Below are positions 38,554 to 46,944 of a DNA stretch of 64,000 bases, one piece after another. Origin of the DNA: Candidatus Latescibacterota bacterium (GTDB taxonomy: Bacteria; Latescibacterota; UBA2968; UBA8231); contig OZ220089.1 in the NCBI GenBank assembly GCA_964291625.2, forward strand, positions 1,888,001 to 1,952,000, given 5' to 3'. Made by a program: the position numbers and the translations under genes. The notes beneath the pieces were generated by a model. The model saw nothing but the letters and a program-made list of their open reading frames with translations. It was not told where the DNA came from and did no database searches. Numbering within the stretch: the stretch's first letter is position 1; the number at the start of each line of letters is the position of its first letter.

Positions 38554-38942
38554 TCGTCGACACCTCGGCCTTGGCGGCCGTCCTCTTCCGCGAGGCGGAT
38601 GCGGAGCGTTACGAGGACGCGATCGCCCGCGCCGAGACCTGCCGCATGTCGGTGGCCAATCTGCTGGAGCTGTTCATCGTCGTGGAGAGCCGCGGCGGCA
38701 CCGCGGCGGGGCAGGAGTGCGACGCCCTTCTGGACAAGGCGGAGATCGATCCGGAACCGGTCACGCCCGAGCATGCACAGCAGGCGAGGCTCGCCTGGCG
38801 GCGCTTCGGGAAGGGCAACCATCCGGCGGCGCTCAACTACGGCGACTGTTTCGCCTACGCTCTGGCGCGCACGACCGGGGAGCCCCTGCTGTTCAAGGGC
38901 GAGGACTTCGCGCGCACCGATATCGAGGCGGCCTCTCCATGA
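38550..38942 (+). CDS. vapC: VapC PIN-domain toxin
   Basis: IVDTSA, FGKGNHPAALNYGDCFAYALA, LLFKGEDF. Confidence 0.93.
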   Translation: MIVDTSALAAVLFREADAERYEDAIARAETCRMSVANLLELFIVVESRGGTAAGQECDALLDKAEIDPEPVTPEHAQQARLAWRRFGKGNHPAALNYGDCFAYALARTTGEPLLFKGEDFARTDIEAASP

Positions 38943-39040
38943 CGGAAGCACAGATGAACCTCGACTTGGGGGGGAGGCCGAGCGCACGCGCCATCCTCGA
39001 CCGCATCCGCGAGGACAGCCGCGACGAGACCGAGAAGGGG
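38939..39040 (+). pseudogene. N-terminal stub of a possible Type ISP restriction-modification/helicase gene
   Basis: ATG overlaps the vapC stop; ILDRIREDSRDETEKG, then similarity stops. Confidence 0.45.
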
Positions 39041-39111
39041 GCCCCCTTGGCCCCGGCCAAGGCGAGCCTGGAGGGGCTCAGGTCGGATTTGACGGAGCAC
39101 AATCATCGCCC

Positions 39112-41445
39112 TCAACGCAGGACCGTGAGCTTGCGCAACTGCACGGCCTCCGCCGTCACCAGGCGGTAGACATAGACCCCGCTGGCCAGGGGACGGCCTC
39201 GCTCATCCCGTCCGCCCCAGCGCAGGCGGTGCAACCCCGCCTCCTTCGGGCCCTCGTGCAGCACCGCCACGCGCTGGCCGGTCAGGGCGAACACCTCCAG
39301 CCGGGCTGGGCCCGGCTGCAGCTGGAACCAGGAGATCACGGTTCCGCTGTTGAAGGGGTTGGGCGCGTTCTGCTGCAGCTGCGGGCCGTCGGGCAACCCG
39401 AGCCGCTCCCGAGCCAAGGCCTGCAGCTTGCCACGGGCCGGATCTTCGAAGTGGTCCACAAAGAGGAAGAAGTCCCCCAAGTCGACGCTGCCGCTGCCGT
39501 CGAGGTCGAAGAGGGGGTCGCTGCCCCCGAAGGCCTCGGCGAAGAGGAAGAAGTCGGAGAATCCGACCTGTCCATCGGCGTCGAAGTCCGGAGTGGCCCC
39601 GGCGGTGGCGGTGAAGGTCACGGACTCGAGATCTGCCACAGTGACGACGACGGTATAGATCCCGAACTCCTCGCCCAGGGTCAGGGTGGTGGCCGCCAGG
39701 CCCTCGGCATCGGTGGTGTCGCTGACGGCCGACAAGGTACCGCCCTCGCCCGCGACGGCGAAGGTGACCACGGCACCGGGGAGGGGCTCCCCGTTCTGAT
39801 CCCGCACCGAAGTGACGAAGGGATCGACCAACTCGCCGCCGGGCGATCCCCGCTGGTTGTCACCAGACAGCTTTGACAGAGTCCGGGGGTGCCGTAGAAC
39901 AAGCTGCACCTCAGAGAGACGGACAGGGGTGCCCCCCAGGGGTAGTCGCAAAGAGAGGCGGTGTCCATCGTTGATGAGAATTCCAGACCATCTCTCAATG
40001 CTGTCGCTGTCGGACAGCTCGATGTCATACAATCCAGTGACGGATTGATAGTCAGAAATCGTAAAGGCCGCACGGCCTGTTATTTGGGACAGAGAGTCCC
40101 AGGAAGCGTTCATGGGCAAGGAGTATACAGGACGGGTTCTGGTCCCGGAGACAGGTCGATACACCCTGAGATGCAGCACAGGAAGAAGGGGGTATCCAAT
40201 GAATTGTGGGGTATGCCGCTCTTCTACAAGTGCGGCATACCCCGGAATCTCAATCTCCAAGTCAGCTCGGCCGACCGTCTGCCCTGAGAGTTCCCAGGGC
40301 CTGCTCCGGTCAGCGAAGAGGCCTCCGGCAAGAACCAACTTCAAGGTGAACGGTGGACCTCTTCTGATGGGGATGGAAGGCCAGCTGGTTCTAGGTCGGT
40401 ACATGTACACAGACCAATCGACATCTTCCCACAGGTACAAGGTGTGGAACCTGTAGCGTCCGTCTCGGGGAGTTACCACGGGGATACGGCCCCTCGAATC
40501 GGTGACGGCCTCGAAGAACCCAAAGAAGTCGTATCCGTCTGATGACATCGTCATCTTCAATCCTTCGATCGGATTCCCGAGAGAGTCGACGACAACCACT
40601 TCTCCAGACACGGCATTGTGAGGCGGAAAGTGCGACAGGTCCCATAGCCAGGTGTTGTGGTAATAATGGTCGTCGTCATCCCGAGAGAATCTATGAGAGT
40701 GGGCTTGATTGGATGCGCAAAGGAACCGGCCGTCAGGAGAGAATTCGACTCGGCCGGAGATGTCCTCCTCGTAGTCCCATCTTCCATAGCCCCATGTGTT
40801 CAGACGAACCAACCATCGACCGTTCACATCCGCCAGTTCAGTGAAGTGACGTAACTCATAGGCGACCAGCGACCTGTCGGGGGAGACGGCGCGAGAAGTG
40901 GAGAATGAATCAAAGTAGGTCACTTCGAGTGAGCCCGTGGCAAGATCCCACAGGTTGATTCCATTGTTCTGATTGTTGAAGGCAATCGTCTTGCCGTCGG
41001 TCAGGAACTCTATGTTTCGATCGCCCTTGGCCGCGTCGTCCTTGAAGGATTGCACGATCGTCAGGCTATCCAGGCGGACAACGACGACGTTCACGGAGTC
41101 GTCCAGCATAATCGCCAGGAGACTCTCATCGGGCGACAGGGCAAGAGCATATTGCCAATAGAAGGTTTCCCTCTTGTCCTCGCTGTCGAGGACGGTTTCC
41201 AGGACGGGCGTCACTTCGACGCTGTCGACGATCTCGTAGCTGTCGACATTCCAGTACCTGAGCGTCAGCAATCGTGATCTTCCTCTTATTTCCGAAGTCA
41301 CGATGGTTTCATTGTCGATCACCTTCAGGAGCTGTCCTGGGAAGGACGCTTTCGGCTGAACCTGTCCTAGTGCTCCGGGGGCGTCGGGTGGGATCGCAAG
41401 AGCCAGGACAGGCCAGGTTAGAAACATGATCACAAGGACTTTCAT
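39112..41445 (-). CDS. Secreted multidomain protein: WD40-like N-terminus, Ig-like (Big_1), EF-hand/dockerin-like, FlgD-Ig C-terminal module
   Basis: Signal peptide; LSPD/FSPDG repeats; SGDNQ..PFV..V.D.NG; DFDADGQVGFSDF; QNAPNPFN...ASGVYVYRL. Confidence 0.82.
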   Translation of the reverse strand: MKVLVIMFLTWPVLALAIPPDAPGALGQVQPKASFPGQLLKVIDNETIVTSEIRGRSRLLTLRYWNVDSYEIVDSVEVTPVLETVLDSEDKRETFYWQYALALSPDESLLAIMLDDSVNVVVVRLDSLTIVQSFKDDAAKGDRNIEFLTDGKTIAFNNQNNGINLWDLATGSLEVTYFDSFSTSRAVSPDRSLVAYELRHFTELADVNGRWLVRLNTWGYGRWDYEEDISGRVEFSPDGRFLCASNQAHSHRFSRDDDDHYYHNTWLWDLSHFPPHNAVSGEVVVVDSLGNPIEGLKMTMSSDGYDFFGFFEAVTDSRGRIPVVTPRDGRYRFHTLYLWEDVDWSVYMYRPRTSWPSIPIRRGPPFTLKLVLAGGLFADRSRPWELSGQTVGRADLEIEIPGYAALVEERHTPQFIGYPLLPVLHLRVYRPVSGTRTRPVYSLPMNASWDSLSQITGRAAFTISDYQSVTGLYDIELSDSDSIERWSGILINDGHRLSLRLPLGGTPVRLSEVQLVLRHPRTLSKLSGDNQRGSPGGELVDPFVTSVRDQNGEPLPGAVVTFAVAGEGGTLSAVSDTTDAEGLAATTLTLGEEFGIYTVVVTVADLESVTFTATAGATPDFDADGQVGFSDFFLFAEAFGGSDPLFDLDGSGSVDLGDFFLFVDHFEDPARGKLQALARERLGLPDGPQLQQNAPNPFNSGTVISWFQLQPGPARLEVFALTGQRVAVLHEGPKEAGLHRLRWGGRDERGRPLASGVYVYRLVTAEAVQLRKLTVLR

Positions 41446-41711
41446 GGGTGCCCTCTCAGCGTGTGCCTCCTGGTTGCAGGTGAACGACCTGTGCCCGGCG
41501 CCTGATCGAGCCCAACTGCCATCCCTTGATGGTAACCACCAAGATCCCGGAGCACGTGTATGTCATCCCCCCATTCCACGGCCGGCACGTGCAGGAGGTG
41601 GGGAGGAGGCCAGCACCTGGCTGGTGGCCGTCGTCTGACCACCACGAGGACACGACGCGGCGAGCGGCGGCGTGATCGGCAGACGCGACAGAAGCCCCTG
41701 AACCCACCCCC

Positions 41712-44078
41712 TCACCGCAGCAGCAGCATTCGCCGGTGCACCGCCCACTCGCGGGTCTCGAGCCGGTAGACGTAGACACCGCTGCCCGCTTCCCGGCCGT
41801 ATTCGTCCCGGCCGTCCCAGGACAGGCGGTGCTCGCCGGCCCCGGGGGCGTCGACCTGCAACTCCCGCACCACCTGGCCCGACAGGTTGTAGATGCGCAG
41901 GCGCATGGCCTCGCCCGCCAGGTTCACCGGCACCTGGAGGGGGATCACCGTGGAGGCGTTGAAGGGGTTGGGCGCGTTCTGCTGCAGCACCGGCCGGGCG
42001 GGGCCCGCTCCCGGGCGGATCTCCCAGGCTTCGTCGTCGATCACCACCACCATGGCCTGCCCCAACTGAGCGAAGACGGCCAGCTCTTCGGGCTGGCCGG
42101 CCAGCCCTTCATAGAGCTGCCTCGGCATCAGCGGCCGGTAGGCCCGGTCGATCCACACGTCGTCGCGCAGGACGAAATCGCGGCCCATCCAGTGGGCGGT
42201 GGCCGCCGTCTCCTCCACGTCCGTCGTCGTCCCGAAGTCCTCGTCCCCATCGTCCGCGCCGTCCGCGGCCCCATCGCAGGTCGGGCAGGGGTCAAAGTCG
42301 TCGCCCCCGCCCGCCAGGTCGCGCGGCTCGGGGTTGACCTCCACGCCCTCGTCCGGGGCGAACAGGGATGTCCGCCGCGTCACCAGGCGGTAGTCCAGCC
42401 CCAGGGCCAGGATGTCGTCGAGCAGCTCCTGCTCGGGGCCGAAGCGGGCGATCTGCTCCTCCAGGGCCAGCACCTTCTGGTAGGCCCACAACCGGGGCAA
42501 CAACTCCAGGGAAACGTCGGTATCCGTGAACTCCAGCGGGTAGTCCACCAGGACGTCCGCCTCCCCCACCTGGCCGCTCACGCTCAGGGTGTAGAGCCCG
42601 CCCTGCTGGTAGCGGCCCACCTGGAACAGCTCCCGGCCCGCCGCCAGGGCCTCCACGCCCCGCGGGTGCACGTCGTGGATCTCCGCCGTGCCGAAGGACA
42701 GCTCGTCCACCAGCAGCACCGGGAAGGTGAAGTCCTCGAACAGCTCGCGAAGGGCCGCCTCGATGTCTCCCTCCTCCGACAGGAAGTGCGACTCGCCGCC
42801 GTGCTCCTCGGCCAGCACGGTCAGGAAGTTCTGGTCCACGTCGCCGCCCACGCCGATGGTGAACAGCCGTGCTTTCCCCCCCGACCACTGCCCCACCAGC
42901 TCGCTCAACGGCCCCAGCTCGATCTCGCCGATATTCGGCAGCCCGTCGGTGAGGAAGATCACGTGGTTCACCCGGCCGGCGGGAAAGGCCTGCTGCATCG
43001 CTCTTCCGAGACCCGCCTCGAAGTTGCTCACCCCCAACGCGTCCTGCTGGTTGATGAAGGCCGCCGCCGACTCCAGGTTCGACCGGTTGGCCGGCACCGG
43101 CGCCGCGGCGAAGGCATCCGCCCGGTGGCTGAAGACGACGATGTTGAACAGGTCCTTCTCCACCAGATTCTCCAGCGCCGCCACCAGCGCCCCCTTCACC
43201 GCCTCCAGCTTGCCCCGCTGCATGCTCGACGAGATGTCGATCACGAAGGTCAGGCTCCGAGGCAGGGGATCGGCCGCGGTCAGCTCCGGCACGGGCGGCA
43301 GCCACAGGGCGTAGTAGCCCAGGGCCTCGTCCTCCTCCGGCGCGAAGCTGAGCACCGTGGGCAGCTCCAGGTCCCCCGTCCGCTGCAGGCTGAGGGTGAA
43401 GTCCTCCCGCGGCGTCAGGTCCTCGTCTCCGAAGAACACGTTCGCCGTGTGCGCGTCGGGACGGCCCACCTCCGTGAGCCGCGGCAAGCCCGAGGTGGTC
43501 GCCTCGAAGACGTGCTGGCTGCGCACGTGGGCGCGCAGCACGAACAGCTCCATCTGCAGCGCCTGGTCGGTCTCCGGCGCCAGCGGGAAGGTGTAGTCGA
43601 TGCGGCCGTTGCGCGCGTCCAGTAGCTGCATGTACTCGAACTCCACCCGGCGGGAACCCTTGGCCGGGAAGGGGAAGATGCTCAGCCGGAACTGGTTCGG
43701 CGTCACCTGCTCGATCAGGGCCGGGTCGATGCGCTGGCGCACGATGTCGTCGTAGACCCGCCGCGCCTCCTCCTTCTCCATGATCAGCCCCTGGATCCGC
43801 TTGTCCCCGATCCACAGCACCAGGTCGGTGATGATCGCCCCCTCGGGCAGGGTGAACTCGTAGATCCCCTCCACCTCCCACTCGGCGTGGTTGGTGAAGA
43901 TCTGGTCGGTCCGCGTGCGCGCCACCCGCTCGTCGATGCGCACGTCCACGGTCACCCTCGTCAACTCCAGGTGCTGGCGGCCGTCGTCGCCGACGCCGGT
44001 GTACACGTAACCGATGCCGAGGGTTGGCAGCGGGGTCAGCAGCAGGGCGGCGGTGAGAAGGATGTGTCGAGAGTTCAT
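41712..44078 (-). CDS. Secreted VIT plus vWA protein with FlgD-Ig C-terminal module
   Basis: EGIYEFTLPEGA (VIT); DISSSM and FLTDG (MIDAS); QNAPNPFN. Confidence 0.9.
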   Translation of the reverse strand: MNSRHILLTAALLLTPLPTLGIGYVYTGVGDDGRQHLELTRVTVDVRIDERVARTRTDQIFTNHAEWEVEGIYEFTLPEGAIITDLVLWIGDKRIQGLIMEKEEARRVYDDIVRQRIDPALIEQVTPNQFRLSIFPFPAKGSRRVEFEYMQLLDARNGRIDYTFPLAPETDQALQMELFVLRAHVRSQHVFEATTSGLPRLTEVGRPDAHTANVFFGDEDLTPREDFTLSLQRTGDLELPTVLSFAPEEDEALGYYALWLPPVPELTAADPLPRSLTFVIDISSSMQRGKLEAVKGALVAALENLVEKDLFNIVVFSHRADAFAAAPVPANRSNLESAAAFINQQDALGVSNFEAGLGRAMQQAFPAGRVNHVIFLTDGLPNIGEIELGPLSELVGQWSGGKARLFTIGVGGDVDQNFLTVLAEEHGGESHFLSEEGDIEAALRELFEDFTFPVLLVDELSFGTAEIHDVHPRGVEALAAGRELFQVGRYQQGGLYTLSVSGQVGEADVLVDYPLEFTDTDVSLELLPRLWAYQKVLALEEQIARFGPEQELLDDILALGLDYRLVTRRTSLFAPDEGVEVNPEPRDLAGGGDDFDPCPTCDGAADGADDGDEDFGTTTDVEETAATAHWMGRDFVLRDDVWIDRAYRPLMPRQLYEGLAGQPEELAVFAQLGQAMVVVIDDEAWEIRPGAGPARPVLQQNAPNPFNASTVIPLQVPVNLAGEAMRLRIYNLSGQVVRELQVDAPGAGEHRLSWDGRDEYGREAGSGVYVYRLETREWAVHRRMLLLR

Positions 44079-44139
44079 GGCGGGGCTCCTTTCGCAGGAG
44101 AGGCAACGGCGGAGGTTGGAATGTACCCCGTCAACTGGA

Positions 44140-44177
44140 CAGGAATTGGGCTTGTACAAGCGAGAGTCTCGAGATGT
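44140..44177. repeat. 38-bp direct repeat, copy 1
   Basis: caggaattgggcttgtacaagcgagagtctcgagatgt. Confidence 0.9.
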
Positions 44178-44649
44178 AGTGGAGCGGTACTGCGCCCCGG
44201 CGCGCGGATCGAGGCCCGGCCTCCCGGACTTGCACCAGGCCGGGCCACGCGGGCCGTGAGGAGCCCCCCGCGCTCAGCCCGCCCGATGGTAGACATCGCT
44301 GGGGGTTTCGTAGACGCCGGCCCCCACCGACTGCCCCGACGCATCCGTGGCATCCCCATTCGGCGGTGTGAGAACCGGCCGGCCGCTCACCAGTATGGCG
44401 GTAGTAACAGTATTGTGTGCACATCTGTTCCTCCCCAGGGAGTCGCGGAGACGTCCGCTGTGACCGTGCGCATGTGGCGGGGTGGCCGATACTTCCCCGG
44501 GAAGGGAATGCAAGAAGCGTGCCTTCAGGTTCTCACCGTGCATCATCTCTCGACTGGCCGGCGCGGGCTGCTCAAAATCGACAATCCTTCCAGTTTCCTG
44601 GACAACCAGTCCCTCGCAGGCCGGACTCGTCCGGTTTCCCGGACAAGCT

Positions 44650-44723
44650 GGGCGTCCCTCTGGAAACCCATCACGTTGCCCTCCGTGTCCCGGAAGCCGG
44701 CGAACCAACCCACGCCGGGGATG
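44650..44723 (-). pseudogene. C-terminal fragment of a VOC/glyoxalase gene
   Basis: IPGVGWFAGFRDTEGNVMG, cut at repeat copy 2. Confidence 0.6.
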
Positions 44724-44761
44724 CAGGAAATGGGCTTGTACAAGCGAGAGTCTCGAGATGT
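44724..44761. repeat. 38-bp direct repeat, copy 2
   Basis: One mismatch to copy 1. Confidence 0.9.
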
Positions 44762-44774
44762 CATGGCTCGTCAG

Positions 44775-45143
44775 GCTTGAGCCCCAGGCGCAACGGGTCC
44801 CCAAAGGCCCGGGTCCACAGCAGCGTCTCCTGCCGCCGACCGGACGGATCGGCGCAGTGCAGGGCCACCAGGCCGTCGGGCCGGCCTTCGTATTTCACCT
44901 GGATGCCGCGACCGCCCGCCCGGCCTCGTCCACCAGGTCCACCCACAGGCCGCGGGGGAACTCCGGCGACTCGATCATCACGCGGCCGGCGGCATCGCTC
45001 ACCGCCTGCGCCCGGCCGGTGCTGTCGGTGCCGGCGGCATGGCGGAACTCGGTCTCCGCCGCCGCTGCGGTGGTGGCGACGGCCAGGAGAAACACGGCTT
45101 GAAGCAGGAGCAGGAGAAGGCGGGGCAGGGCGGCGCTGGCCAT
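44775..45143 (-). pseudogene. Truncated third copy of the LRR-protein N-terminus
   Basis: MASAALPR...TEFRHAAGTDSTGRAQAVSDAAGRV; frameshift near 44915; no LRRs. Confidence 0.8.
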
Positions 45144-45165
45144 GGGAGGGAAGGCGGAGGTTGAG

Positions 45166-46944
45166 TCAGTAGGTGATTTTGACACCCCGTGCCTCCAGGG
45201 CGGGGATCTGCTCATTGATGGCCTGGTCGCTGAGGGGGTTGCCCGCCAAGTTGACCTCGTCGCCCTGACCCAGGCCGGTGTTGGCGACCAGGGGGCCGAT
45301 GTCCTGGATCTGGTTGTCTTCCAGCTCCAGCAACTCCAGGCTGGTCAGGCCGGCCAAAGGGGTTGCATCGAGGATCTTGTTGCTACCCAGTACCAGCCGT
45401 TCCAAGTTGGTCAGAGCGGCCAGAGAGCCCACATCGACGATCCCGTTGTCACGCAGACCCAGCCTCTCCAGGTTGATCAGAGCGGCCAGAGGGCTAACAT
45501 CGACGAGCTCGTTGTTACGAAGCGAGAAAAATCTCAGGCGGGTCAGGGAGGCCAGAGGACTCACATCGACAATCTCGTTGTCACTCAGGTCCAGCCAGCT
45601 CAGGTTGGTCAGGGCGGCCAGAGGACTCACATCGACGATCCCGTTGTTACCAAGAAACAGCGTTCTCAGGCGGGTCAGGGAGGCCAGGGGACTCACATCG
45701 ACCACGCCGCTGTAAGCCAGGGCCAGCACTTCCAGGCTGGTCAGGGAAGCCAGGGTGCTCACGTCCACCAAGTTGCCAGTCAGCCATAGCCTCTGCAGGT
45801 TGGCCAAAGTAGCCAGTGGGCTCATATCCACTATGTCGTTGAGAGTCAGCTGCAGCGTTTCCAGGCGGGTCAGGGAGGCAAGTGGGCTCACATCCACTAT
45901 GTCGTTGTAACCCAGCTGCAGCCATTCCAAGCTGGTCAAGGCGCCCAGAGGGCTCACATCGACAATCTCATTGTACTTCAGATTCAGCGTATCAAGGCCG
46001 GTCAAGTACTCGAGACCCACCACACTACGGATGTTCCTCTCCTCTACCTCCAGCAAAGTCAGCGAAGTGACTCCCCGTCCGGTCACTCGCCCATACCGAC
46101 GCACCAAGGCTTCCCTCACGGCTGCTTCGAGATCTCGATCCTCAAACCAGTGGGAATGAAGAATCAGCCCGCTGGGTGGAAGCACGTCGCTGCCTTGGTA
46201 GACCGCCGCTCCAAAGATGGGGTTCTCGAGTGATTCGATCACAGGCTGATGCGTCTCCTGCAAGTGCCTCACCAGTGTTTCTATGGCCTCCGCCTGACCC
46301 ATGTCGACCACTACGGCGACATCGTCGAGCCTGACGGCCAGCATTCCGTCCTGACCTGTCCAGCTCTGCCGGATGAATCCGGCCACGGCTTCCCAGCCGA
46401 CGAGCCGGCTTGACTCCAGCAGCCCTTCGGCGCTCGGATCGACCCGCCAGTCGATGGAGGTCAGCCCCGCCGGCAGGTCCGCGGGCTCACCGGGCCTCAG
46501 CGCGAAGCGCAGAGGGCTCCCCCCGGGACGGGTCCATAGCAGCGTCTCCCGCCGAAGACCGGAAGGATCGACGCAACGAAGGGCCACCAGGCTGTCGGGC
46601 CGGCCCTCGTATTCCACCTCGATGCCGGCCAACGCCTGCCCCGCTTCATCCACCAGGTCCACCCACAGGCCGCGCGGAAAGTCCGGCGACTCGATCAGCA
46701 CCCGGCCGGCGGCATCGCTCACCGCCTGCGCCCGGCCGGTGAGATCGGTGCCGGCGGCATAGGAGAACTCCGTATCCGCCGCCAGTGCGGGGGCGGCCAA
46801 GGACAGAAGGACCCCGGCTCGAAGGAGGGACGGGAGAGAGTGGGGCAGGGCGGTTCTGGTTATGGGACTGTGCCTGGAAGAGGAGGGCTCTCCGGCCTGC
46901 CGGGCGAGGACAGGTTCGGTGGAGGTTGGATCAGTAGTTGACAT
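45166..46944 (-). CDS. Internalin-like leucine-rich repeat protein B
   Basis: 22-aa LRRs (IVDVSPLASLTRL), FEDRDLEAAVR cap, LAGNPLS C-cap; the start codon used by the paralogs is ATA here, so the start is uncertain. Confidence 0.85.
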   Translation of the reverse strand: MSTTDPTSTEPVLARQAGEPSSSRHSPITRTALPHSLPSLLRAGVLLSLAAPALAADTEFSYAAGTDLTGRAQAVSDAAGRVLIESPDFPRGLWVDLVDEAGQALAGIEVEYEGRPDSLVALRCVDPSGLRRETLLWTRPGGSPLRFALRPGEPADLPAGLTSIDWRVDPSAEGLLESSRLVGWEAVAGFIRQSWTGQDGMLAVRLDDVAVVVDMGQAEAIETLVRHLQETHQPVIESLENPIFGAAVYQGSDVLPPSGLILHSHWFEDRDLEAAVREALVRRYGRVTGRGVTSLTLLEVEERNIRSVVGLEYLTGLDTLNLKYNEIVDVSPLGALTSLEWLQLGYNDIVDVSPLASLTRLETLQLTLNDIVDMSPLATLANLQRLWLTGNLVDVSTLASLTSLEVLALAYSGVVDVSPLASLTRLRTLFLGNNGIVDVSPLAALTNLSWLDLSDNEIVDVSPLASLTRLRFFSLRNNELVDVSPLAALINLERLGLRDNGIVDVGSLAALTNLERLVLGSNKILDATPLAGLTSLELLELEDNQIQDIGPLVANTGLGQGDEVNLAGNPLSDQAINEQIPALEARGVKITY

